In this document: one piece after another, positions 1-10,518 of the stretch
Position numbering within the stretch: position 1 is the stretch's first letter
Layout: each line of letters starts with the position of its first letter
Assembly (NCBI RefSeq): GCF_046119375.1
Contig: NW_027362765.1
Location: 391,158,001 to 391,222,000, forward strand
DNA from: Phyllobates terribilis
Lineage: Eukaryota
Direction: 5' to 3'
Length of the DNA: 64,000 nucleotides
The notes under the pieces: generated by a model
What the model was told of the DNA's origin: nothing
Databases searched by the model: none
Seen by the model: only the letters and a program-made list of their open reading frames with translations
Program-made: the position numbers and the translations under genes

Positions 1-357
1 TGGATCCTGTGTTATCTACTGTATATAGAGGAGTTATCAGTCATTGTACAGGAGGAGGAGGTGAGCTGTGACATCACCTATTGTGAATGGTGGATCCTGT
101 GTTACCTACTGTATATAGAGGTGTTATCCGTCATTGTACAGGAGGAGGTGAGCTGTGACATCACCTATTGTGAATGGTGGATCCTGTGTTACCTACTGTA
201 TATAGAGGTGCTATCAGTCACTGTATAGGAGGAGGAGGTGAGCTGTGACATTACCTATTGTGAATGGTGGATCCTGTGTTATTTACTGTATATAGATGTC
301 ATCAGTCATTGCACAGGAGGAGGAGGTGAGCTGTGACATCACATATTGTGAATGGTA
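1..357. repeat. Tandem repeat, 87-90-bp unit, ~4 copies, probably continuing upstream of the window
   Basis: TGGATCCTGTG recurs at 1, 91, 178 and 268; unit TGGATCCTGTGTTACCTACTGTATATAGAG...GAGGAGGTGAGCTGTGACATCACCTATTGTGAATGG. Confidence 0.92.
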
Positions 358-1086
358 ATTTGTTTGGTAAGAGAAAGTTACACAGATGCTTCTGGATGGT
401 CGATGTAGCCCAATGGTGGATTTTACCTCTGAGATTTTGGTCCTAAACAGAAGTATATCCTCGTTTCTAATTATTATGACATGTTGACTATTTGCAATTT
501 GCTTATAGTGTTTAGAATATAAGACAAATATTCCCTATTCTGTAATGACCCTATTAATCGATTATCATTTTTCCCATCATAATGAACGAGAACCCTCAGC
601 CTAAGCATAGAATTAAAACAAACCATAAAGATCTACAAAACCCAGCAAAGTATTAGGAAAACTCATAATCCAAATATAAAGTGTTCATCACAAAGCCTAA
701 TATAGCTCACCGTATAGAGTTTTATTTAAAGAGATAAAAACAATAATGGGATTTCTTATAACTTGATGTCGTCCTAAATACTAATCTACTTTCGCAAAAA
801 GAGGCAGTAAACTCAGGAAATTACATTTGAACAGGTGCACGATATTCGTGAATGTGAAGGATCATCCTCATACGATCCCTTACCCTAGACGTTATTAATA
901 CAATGATGACTTATCAGTGATCTGATCATCTGATCAGTGGGATCTGACTGATGTGATCCCTGCTAATCTATAGGATTGGATAGTGTCTCTAGGGAAACGA
1001 CATGACATGTCACCTGCTGTTGGTTCCGCTCGACTTTTCACTGGAAGCCACGTGGTTGGCCATTGACTTTAATGGGATGATATTAA

Positions 1087-1405
1087 AGGGAATCTGTCGA
1101 TAGGATCAACCCTAAAGAGCCGTCTATATTGTCATGTAGGTCATAGGAAGCTGAATAAAATGATACCTTGATATCTGCGATCCGATGTCTTATTCCAGAG
1201 AAATCCACGTTTTTCTTAATATGTAAATGAGCTGTTAAGATCTATGGGTGGGACATAGATCTCCCCGAGAATCTGCCTCCAGAGCTGATTTTAAATGAAA
1301 GTGGGCGTTACCAGTGTGAGACATGTAATGACTGACCGTCTGCTCCCCTGATTTACATGCTCATATAGACGACTTAGGAGGGTTGATCCTACTGACAGAT
1401 TCCCT
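1087..1405. mobile_element. TTAA-flanked MITE (T2/Kolobok-type non-autonomous DNA transposon)
   Basis: TTAA at 1083-1086 and 1406-1409. Termini AGGGAATCTGTCGATAGGATCAACCC and GGGTTGATCCTACTGACAGATTCCCT are inverted repeats. Confidence 0.85.
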
Positions 1406-1779
1406 TTAAAGGTATGTAAACTTTTGCAAAGTATTTCTTGTACTGCTCCAAATACATCTACAAAAAGTCTTAACTAAGAATCTACCGTTTTCTGTTTACA
1501 GCTCCTATGCTGACTTATGTGTCTCCATGGTAGCAGGTGGCAAAAAAATCATTTTTTAGTTTAATTCAGCCATTTTTTACTCCTTGTCTCCCTCTTTTTT
1601 GCTAGTAACCTAAGACAAAAGGTGAAGGACATAGAAGAGAACACCACTCCAGGATCAGACTACAGAATGTTTGTTTTGTAGTCTGTTACCATGGAGACAT
1701 ATTGATTGTTTTCAAAGTTGCTTCACCTGATATTTTAGATACATTGAAGCAGCTGCATTGGTTGGAAACACACTCTTAA

Positions 1780-2147
1780 AGGAGTTGTGTAGGTGCTCTA
1801 CTGCTTGGCGTAGATAAACCCTAGTGTACATCGGGGGGACAGTTACAGAGGTAATTGTCCATTGTTCATGCACGGTCACTATTCCAGTTAATACGACCCA
1901 TTACAAACTTGACAACAGTCCCGATTTGGTGGCAGATTCTTGGAATCTGGACCCAAAATGCGTTGGCAATTATGAGTTTATGCAAACAATTGGGGCATTT
2001 TGTGAGATACCCAGATGTCTGTGGCACTTTACCTGGGACGGGGTTTACTATATTAGTCTGTATGGTGCACTATCATTTTTGGGTGTTGCTTGGTCACTTC
2101 AACAAGTTCTGTTTCTCTACAAATCGGAAAACGTCTTTACAGCCCCT
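1780..2147. mobile_element. Degenerate TTAA-flanked MITE
   Basis: TTAA|AGGAGTTGT at the start and ACAGCCCCT|TTAA at the end; imperfect inverted termini. Confidence 0.45.
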
Positions 2148-2929
2148 TTAAGACAAATATGTATAGAGAAAGCAGATATCTAGTAATTATCTTCCCAGTC
2201 TCCCCATATCTGACACCCTTGCTGCACACATTGACTTTCTGGTGTTAATAGGCCTCCGCACAGTTGGTTTCAGCATTAATAACACAATGTCCCAGATTTT
2301 ACACAAAGGATAGGGTCTCTCCGGTGAATCTCTGCGCCCTTCCTCACACTTCTTCATTTTTATTTCACAGTGAAGTTAACACTTCTGCAAATCTAGGCCG
2401 ATATATTCACAGGATTCATGGTCTACCCCACCACCGTAAATTATAATATTGCTGTGACGCTCTTCTCTGAACATTCCCTCTCGCATTATGCTACTCCACA
2501 AGTCTCAGTAGGTCCGAGATGAATAAATTATCCAGGAATGTCTCCCTTTCTAGAGGCTCAGTATAACTGGGCAGAAATAAAATGGCAATGGATCCAGTAT
2601 TTCTTCCAGACCAACCACATTATTAGGCTTTGTTTCCATCTGAACGCATTTACAATACCATGTTTGTTCCATCAAACAACCAATCCAACCAATCTCAATA
2701 GTGTCCGACTTGTAATGACCTCCATTGGAGTTCCATCAGGAAGTTAAGTCTCACCTGGTGACCTGGATCCATGAAACCTCTGGTTCCGATGAGAAGGTCT
2801 TAAGCAGCACGGAAAGGTGGTGCTGGTACAGTAGCACGGATGAGTCGGTATTGCAGTGTTACTGTTACTGAAGGTGTAGCTGAGCTGGTGTAGTGAAGCT
2901 GGAGTGAGGTGCTAGAACTGAGACGTGAA

Positions 2930-4200
2930 ACTGAAGTAGTGGAGACTTGGATACAGCAGATCTGAGCAATGGTACCGGAGTAGTGGAAGTTTGGCTATAG
3001 CAAAGCTGAGCAGCACAATGGAGACTTGGATGTAGCAAAGCTGAGCATCAGTGCTAGAGTAGTGGAAACTTGGGTATAGCAGAGCTGAGAAGTGATACTG
3101 ATGTAGTGACACATGGATGTAGTAGAGCTGAGAAGGGGACTAGGAGTAGTGACACATGGATGTATCAGAGCTGAGCAACATACTATGAGTAGTGACACTT
3201 GGATGTATGAGAGCTGAGAAGTGTACTAGAAGTAGAGACACAGGGATGTATGAGAGCTGAGGAGTGAATTAGGAGTAGTGACACATGGATGTAGCAGAGC
3301 TGAGCTGTAGACTAAAACTAGTGACACATGGATGTAGCAGAGCTGAGCAGCAGACTAGGAGTAGTGATACATGGATGTAGCAAAGCTGAGCAGCAGACTA
3401 GGAGTAGTGAGACTTGAATGTAGCTGAGCTGAGCAGCAGACTAGGAGTAGTGAGACTTGAATGTAGCAGAGCTGAGCAGCAGACTAGGAGTAGTGAGACT
3501 TGAATATAGCAGAGCTGAGCAGCAGACTAGGAGTAGTGATGCATGGATGTAGCAGAGCTGAGCAGCAGACTAGGAGTAGTGAGACTTGAATATAGCAGAG
3601 CTGAGCAGCAGACTAGGAGTAGTGAGACTTGAATATAGCAGAGCTGAGCAGCAGACTAGGAGTAGTGATGCATGGATGTAGCAGAGCTGAGCAGCAGACT
3701 AGGAGTAGTGAGACTTGAATATAGCAGAGCTGAGCAACAGACTAGGAGTAGTGATGCATGGATGTAGCAGAGCTGAGCAGCAGACTAGGAGTAGTGAGAC
3801 TTAAATATAACAGAGCTGAGCAGCAGACTAGGAGTAGTGATGCATGGATGTAGCAGAGCTGAGCAGCAGACTAGGAGTAGTGAGACTTGAATATAGCAGA
3901 GCTGAGCAACAGACTAGGAGTAGTGATGCATGGATGTAGCAGAGCTGAGCAGCAGACTAGGAGTAGTGAGACTTGAATATAGCAGAGCTGAGCAGCAGAC
4001 TAGGAGTAGTGATGCATGGATGTAGCAGAGCTGAGCAGCAGACTAGGAGTAGTGAGACTTGAATATAGCAGAGCTGAGCAGCAGACTAGGATTAGTGATG
4101 CATGGATGTAGCAGAGCTGAGCAGCAGACTAGGAGTAGTGATGCATGGATGTAGCAGAGCTGAGCAGCAGACTAGGAGTATTGACACATGTAGCAAAGCT
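2930..4200. repeat. 43-bp minisatellite, regular at ~3280-4180 and degenerate to the left
   Basis: Unit GCAGAGCTGAGCAGCAGACTAGGAGTAGTGA(GACTTGAATA/TGCATGGATG)TA; AGACTAGG at 3481 and 3524 gives a 43-bp period. Confidence 0.93.
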
Positions 4201-4812
4201 GATAAGCGGAGTACTGTAGTAGTGGAGATCCAGCAGGGATGCCATCTACTTAAATACTCATGCATCATCCCAACACCTGATACAGGTTTAAATGACCAGA
4301 TGACATGACATGGTCAGGATGCCTCTGGCTCTATTTTATTGTATATTTTGATGTCAGTGACACAGAGAGCATTCCCTGCCAACACCCCCAGATCAGCATT
4401 TGTAGAACAGTTTAAAAAATGTCTGGTTGAGTGGCAAAAACAAGAGACCAGCAATATTGTCAACTTGCGCAGTAGCGGGTGAGTGGAGAGAGCCCATCAA
4501 GTCTTCAAACCAAAGTGCCCAATGGCCAAGTCACAGTCTAGGAGAAAACGGGACGTGCCACATATGTATGTATGAAAAATTCCCATTTAGTGAAAGACGT
4601 GGACCAGTGGTTTGGTATTAGAGAACCTCTTAAAGGGGTTGTTTCAGGACAAGCATCGGTGGCATGTTGATGACACCGTACTAGTGATCAAAGTTCCACT
4701 CTATCTGCTCTTCTCCGCCTTTTTCAAAGGCTTCATGATTGGGTCATGAGCAGCGGCACAGCATCACTGCGCAGGCGTGGGACCAGCGGCCGGACATGTA
4801 GAAATGCGCATG

Positions 4813-5784
4813 TGTGACACCCCAGGGGTCTGGTTGCCACAGTGATAGAGATATTATGTCTGAGAGCAGGTGGGAGGTCCTTTGGTCAGGGATCCTGTGC
4901 ATGCCACACCTCCTGCCCAGTCTTGGGAGGGGAAGAACTTCCCCTGTATAAACCCGGGGCTGAGGCAGGGTGAGTCAGACAAGGAGAGTGGAGAAGAGAA
5001 GCAGCATAGGAAACAGCAGAGTTACAAGGAGTCAGGGGCTGGCAGCTGCAGAGCTCGCCCTGACTAAGAAGATTCTTTACCGGACCCGGAGTCCGAGGCT
5101 GTGGGGACTAAATCCTCCCCAGCAGCAGAATCCGTCGGGCAGGGGATTTCAGGTCCTCTGGCCCAGAAGCCTGAAGGCACGGTCACACGCGTGGGACCAG
5201 CACCGCCATCGTGGAGCGGAAGCCATTAGAAGGCCCCGAGTCACCGGCCATACGGGTGAGCACCACACGGTACACTCAGGGACGTGGGCTACTTACATCA
5301 GCTTCTAGCAAGGTAGCCAGAAGAGTACAGTCAGTTTGGGAGGCCTACAACTACGCCTGGCCAGGGGAGATCCCATCTGCTCAAAGACTGACCAGGCCCC
5401 GTTTGCTAGCAAGTACTCCGGGAGGGTCTGTCGTTGTTACCAGTAAAGACCCTGAACTACACCGTACCGTCTCTGAGTGGTTCCTGCTACCCCCATCATC
5501 CACGTCGGCTGCCCTGAGGCCATACCCCTCCCGTTGGGGGTTATACTATCACGCTGCACAATCCTACCACCGGCCTCAGCGGTCTGCCCTGCAGCAGCAG
5601 CTTCCTGGCTGCACTCAACGGGTGGCGTAGTCATCAACTATTTACTACTAATAGACTGCCGTCTAGTTTGACTCCCTGGGCACGGACCGGGTCACCGCCA
5701 CGAGATTACAACCCTCCACGGATCCGGCTCCGGGTAAGCTCCCGCGTGCGCACCGCAGCGCGACACAGGCCCAGGGGCGCGTCA
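4813..5784 (+). repeat. 5' LTR (972 bp)
   Basis: Starts TGTGACACCCC, ends GGGGCGCGTCA, followed by the PBS. Contains TATAAA at 4947-4952 and AGTAAA at 5442-5447. Confidence 0.96.
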
Positions 5785-5788
5785 ACTT

Positions 5789-5807
5789 TGGCGTAGTCGG
5801 CAGGATT
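5789..5807 (+). promoter_or_regulatory. Primer-binding site complementary to the tRNA-Ser 3' end
   Basis: TGGCGTAGTCGGCAGGATT is the reverse complement of AATCCTGCCGACTACGCCA, the 3' end of vertebrate tRNA-Ser(AGA/CGA/TGA) as recalled. Lies 4 nt after the 5' LTR. Confidence 0.88.
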
Positions 5808-5877
5808 TCGTGCCCGCAACCACCGGGTACTGCGTGCCTGAAAAGCAAAGACTGTTCAAACTTACCAGTGGTGAAGG

Positions 5878-6004
5878 TTTCCCGCCATCTGGCGCCATCT
5901 TCTACCTTCTTCCCGCCATCCGCGAAGTTTTCCCGCCATCCGGCGCCATCTTCGACCTTCTTCCCGCCATCCGTGGAGTTTTCCCGCCATTGGACGCCAT
6001 CTTG
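5878..6004 (+). repeat. 51-bp tandem repeat (~2.5 copies) in the retrotransposon 5' leader, rich in CGCCAT
   Basis: CCCGCCAT starts units at 5881, 5932 and 5983; each unit contains CGCCATCTT. Confidence 0.85.
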
Positions 6005-6229
6005 AGGACGCCGCGCGGGAAGAAGAGGGGCGTGGACTCCGAAAGCGCGCGAGAACTGAAGCCCCGCCTCACGTCCGGACGTTGCGTAAGGTCCTGGAAG
6101 GAGCCCAGCAGACGCCGACGTCACAGGAGCGCGACGGAAGGTCCTCAACCCTGACGATCCACTGCGGAGCCGCGGCCTACGGAAGAGGATCATCGCAAGG
6201 TAGGCCACGGTCCACTAGGGGGGAGGAAG

Positions 6230-7210
6230 ATGTCGGATACGGAGGAGAGCTTCACTGCCTCAACCCCCGCCAGCGCTACCGCTGCTGCAGTTATGCCCTT
6301 CACCATGCCCTATATCCCGGGAGCAGCTTGGCTACCCCAGTACTCAGGGGAGTCACATACCCTGCATGACTTTAGAGAAAAGCTGGATAGCCTCTTCCAG
6401 GTGTACCCCCTCACAGAAGAGCAAAAAGTGAGCATCCTGGTGGCCCAACTAACCGGGGCAGCCAAAAGGGAAGTAAAATCCTGGCCACCTGGGAGGAAGA
6501 CTGTCGCAGGGATACTAACCCGGCTGAAGGACACCTTTGATACCCGCACCTCAGCCGAGATTAAGCTTAGATTCTACGGGTGCAAGCAGCGAGCGCATGA
6601 GAGTATAAGGGACTATGCACTAAACCTACAAGAGGCCCTGAGGGCCATAAAGCAGACCGACCCTGATGGGGTGGGAAACGAGGACAGGCTGTTGACTGAA
6701 CAATTTATAGAGGGTTTATATTGCAATGCCCACCGAACCCAGTTGCGGGCAATGGCCTTACAGGATCCCCATCTGGACTTTGCACAGTTCAAGGACAGAG
6801 CCATCCGGGTGCTCCGAGAACCGGCACCAGGTGGCGTTGTGACCCACAGACGCCCCACTACCACTTACTACCAGGAGGCGGCGCCCTTGTCAGCAGGGCC
6901 TGTGGGAGCTGATGCGCAGGCTTTGGACAATGACCCGGCTCCAGACCTACACCATCAGGTCCAAGAGCTAGCTAAGAGCGTTGCTGCGCTAACCCGAACT
7001 GTGCAGTCTTTACAGGTTTCCACCCCAGGGAAGATCCAGCTGGCATCCGGACCGGAGGACATCCCGTGGCGTCGACCAAGGAGGACCCCACCGGCCAGAG
7101 GAAGACCCAGTGACCGATACAGTGAGGACGGACGACCCATCTGCCGCCGCTGCAATCAACCCGGACATATGGCAAGGTACTGTTCTTTAAACGGGCACAA
7201 CCTGAGGTAG
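6230..7210 (+). CDS. gag: Gag polyprotein (326 aa) with C-terminal CCHC zinc knuckle
   Basis: ATG-initiated ORF directly after the leader; CRRCNQPGHMARYC matches CX2CX4HX4C. Confidence 0.93.
   Translation: MSDTEESFTASTPASATAAAVMPFTMPYIPGAAWLPQYSGESHTLHDFREKLDSLFQVYPLTEEQKVSILVAQLTGAAKREVKSWPPGRKTVAGILTRLKDTFDTRTSAEIKLRFYGCKQRAHESIRDYALNLQEALRAIKQTDPDGVGNEDRLLTEQFIEGLYCNAHRTQLRAMALQDPHLDFAQFKDRAIRVLREPAPGGVVTHRRPTTTYYQEAAPLSAGPVGADAQALDNDPAPDLHHQVQELAKSVAALTRTVQSLQVSTPGKIQLASGPEDIPWRRPRRTPPARGRPSDRYSEDGRPICRRCNQPGHMARYCSLNGHNLR
7186..7192 (+). promoter_or_regulatory. -1 ribosomal frameshift slippery heptamer T TTA AAC
   Basis: X XXY YYZ in the gag frame (TTA AAC = L N). The -1 frame is open from 7186 into the protease ORF. 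Confidence 0.8.
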
Positions 7211-8187
7211 AGGGCCAACCCCCAGGAAAAAGATCACCAGGCCCATCGAACTGGCGCGACAGATATGTGGGAGGACGTCCAGTCTTGCCTGTGGTACTGG
7301 ATGGCATTCCCATGAGTGCCCTACTGGACACCGGGTCACAGGTCACCACCATCCCGTACGTGCTCTTCAAGCAGTACTGGAATGACTCGGATATTACCCG
7401 CTACCCCGACGACGACTTGAGTATCATCGCCAGCAATGGTCAGCCCGTGCCACAGATCGGATTTAAAGAGGTGACCATCAAAATTGGTAGAGTCGAACTG
7501 GCCGCACAGGGACTGATCATTGTAGATATCGATAAACATGAGAGTCACCCAAAAATAACTCTAGGAACTAATGTAATTGAAAATTGTCTTGCAGAGGTGA
7601 TTTTCCTTTTACAGCAGGTTGCCAAGAATGCCAGCTCCGGCGAGCAGCGGGTGCTCCAGAAAGAGATCCGGGCACTGATGCAACGGCAACAAGTGGAACT
7701 CTCCGGCGGTGAGATTGGTAGCGTAAGAATGTGTGACCCTTTTCCTATTGCCATGCCCCCAAAAAGTGAAATGATGATTTGGTGCCGGGCAGCTATTGGT
7801 CTGAGAGGTAGAGATTACCAGGCAATGGTAGAACCAGTTTACTCAGACAGTAGGCCCACCATTTTGACAGCACGGGGGGTGGTCAATGTACGCCATGGGA
7901 GGGTGCCCATTCGCATAATAAATATCGGGGAGAGGGAAGTGTACCTGCCCCGGTATGCCACGCTAGCCAAATTATATACCACTAATCAAAGTTCTATACA
8001 ATCTGTGGAACCCTTGCCTCCATCTCACCCGGAGGAAGGTAACAGCTCTAAGAAAGACATGGAGGACTGGTGTCAGCAACTACATTTGGGTACTGACTCC
8101 ACTCCCTCACATCAGAAACAAGGAGTCTATCGGGTGGTTCAAGAGTATGAGAGAGTGTTTAGTAAACACCCGTTAGACTTCGGGTGA
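7186..8187 (+). pseudogene. pol: Pol N-terminal part: aspartic protease plus linker, ended by a premature TGA
   Basis: ALLDTGSQVT protease motif. In-frame TGA at 8185-8187, after which the same frame continues (VKGVEHRIPTG...) into RT. Confidence 0.9.
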
Positions 8188-10518
8188 GTCAAGGGGGTAG
8201 AACATCGCATCCCCACGGGAGATCATCCTCCCATAAAAGAGAGGTATCGACCCGTACCCCCTGCACATTACCAACACGCCAAGGGGATGCTTAGAGATAT
8301 GAAGGAGGCTGGGGTAATCCGGGATAGTTGTAGCCCCTGGGCAGCCCCATTAGTTTTAGTCAAAAAGAAAGACAACACCATGAGGATGTGTGTAGATTAC
8401 CGGAAAATCAACCGTATCACACACAAGGATGCGTACCCCTTACCAAGGATAGAGGAGTCATTGGCTGCTTTAAGATCTGCTAACTTCTTCTCTACCTTGG
8501 ATCTCACTAGCGGGTACTGGCAGGTTCCTGTAGCAGAGGCGGACCGGGAGAAGACCGCATTCACCACCCCGATGGGACTTAGCGAGTTCACCTGCATGCC
8601 GTTCGGACTCTGCAACGCACCAGGAACCTTCCAACGCCTAATGGAGTGTTGTCTGGGCCACAGAAACTTCGAGACGGTCCTGTTGTACCTGGACGATGTC
8701 ATCGTATATTCCAAGACGTATGAGGACCACCTGAAACACCTGGCGGAAGTGTTCGAGGCTCTGGCGAGTTACGGCCTAAAGGTGAAACCCTCCAAGTGTC
8801 ACCTCCTGAAACCAAAGGTGCAGTACCTGGGACACGTGGTGAGCGCTGACGGAGTGGCTCCCGACCCCGATAAGATCACCGCAATTAAGGGATGGCCAAG
8901 CCCCTCCAGCGTAAAAGAAGTGCGGCAGTTCCTCGGGTTGGTAGGCTACTACCGAAGGTTTATTCCCGGTTTCACCAAAAAGGCAGCACCTATGCAGGAC
9001 CTCCTGATAGGCCAGTCCCGGAAGGCCAAGAACCAGAAGCCGCCCTTCAAATGGGAAGAGCTGGAAGAAGAGTCCTTCCGCCAGCTGAAGATGGCCCTCA
9101 CGGGGGACGAAATCCTGGCGTACCCGGATTATAGCCAGCCCTTTATCCTCTACACCGACGCCAGTAACATCGGGCTAGGAGCCGTACTGTCCCAGATCCA
9201 GCAGGGGAAGGAACGAGTAATCGCCTACGCCAGCCGAAAACTGCGACCCACCGAAAGGAACCCCGAGAATTACAGCTCATTTAAGTTAGAGTTCCTGGCC
9301 GTAGTATGGGCAATCACTGAGCGCTTTAAGCATTACCTCGCTTCTTCCCGGTTCACCGTGTACACGGATAACAACCCGCTGACACACCTGGACACGGCAA
9401 GACTCGGTGCCCTGGAGCAGAGGTGGATGGCCCGTCTGTCCAACTACGAGTTCACAATTAAATACCGGGCAGGACGCTCCAATACCAACGCGGACGCCCT
9501 GTCCAGGATGCCCAACCTGCCGGACGGAGGAGAAGATCCGGAGGGACTGGAAGAAGTTGAACTCCCTGCGTTCCACCGTCATGGGACTATTCAGTATTCC
9601 CACCGGGTAAGGAGTAAGCAGGCTGCTACGTTGAACCCCTTACCCCACTACAACTGGGCGGAAACGCAAGACAGCGACCCTGCCGTCCGACTGGTGAAGG
9701 AGATGCTGACTCGGCCGGAGGCTCGCCTTGAACCAGACGCTCCGGAGGAAGCCAAACAACTATGGGCAGAGAAGAGTCGACTGTTCCTTTACAAAGGGAA
9801 GTTGTGCCGCAGAATGGTTAACTCCCGGACGCATGAATTACTCTGGCAAGTAGTGGTGCCACGAAGAGACGCAGCCATGGTGATGGAGGCATACCACGAC
9901 GGAGCTGGACACTTTGGGTGGAAAAAGCTGGAGTTCCTGCTGCGCGAGCGGTTCCACTGGGTAGGCATGAGGGGAACCATCGAGAAGTGGTGCAGAGATT
10001 GTGGCCCGTGCAACCTGAGAAGGAAGGACCGAGCCAGCCAGAAGACTCCCCTGCAGTCCATCGTCACCCGGCAACCGTTGGAACTGGTAGCCTTGGATCA
10101 TGTAAAACTGACCCCAAGCAGAAGTGGCTACGTCTACGCGTTAACCATCGTGGATCATTACTCCCGGTTCTTGGTTGTCGTCCCCGTCAAGGACTTAACG
10201 GCTCAAACAGCAGCTAGAGCCTTCCAGCAGCACTTCTGCCTTCCACACGGGTACCCGGACCAAGTGCTGACGGACCAGGGACCTGCCTTTGAAGCGGAGG
10301 TCTTTCAGGAATTCTGCAATCTGTATGGCTGCCGGAAGATAAGGACGACACCCTACCATCCGCAGACTAATGGACTTTGTGAAAAAATGAACCAGGTGGT
10401 AATGGATCTTCTAAAAACGTTGCCCCTGGAAGAACGCAGTCTGTGGCCTGAAAAGTTGCCCGATCTGGTGGACCTATACAACCACATCCCGGTAGGTTCC
10501 ACCAACTGTACCCAATGA
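8188..10518 (+). pseudogene. pol: Pol RT-RNase H-integrase core
   Basis: RT motifs MCVDYRKIN, MPFGL, YLDD; RH motifs TDAS, TDNNPL, NADALSR; IN HHCC (HDGAGH...CGPC) and D(ALDHV), D(TDQG), E(LCEKMN). Ends at a frameshift near 10513. Confidence 0.95.

Noticed and set aside
2755-4200. Possible mucin-like Ser/Thr-rich exon on the minus strand with a CAG|GTGAGA donor at 2755
   Set aside because: The S/T-rich frame hits TAA before the donor, and the 43-bp unit cannot hold a frame.
4870-5671. ORFs of 64-139 aa within the LTRs (duplicated at 11728-12529)
   Set aside because: Mostly GTG/TTG starts in GC-rich LTR sequence, and not kept intact in the related solo LTR.
5789-5807. tRNA-like sequence
   Set aside because: Only the 19-nt antisense 3' end is present; it is a PBS, not a tRNA gene. 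No rRNA or tRNA genes were recognised in the window.
5663-6208. 181-aa antisense ORF over the leader with 17-aa repeats
   Set aside because: Explained by the 51-bp repeat and high GC content; no domain recognised.
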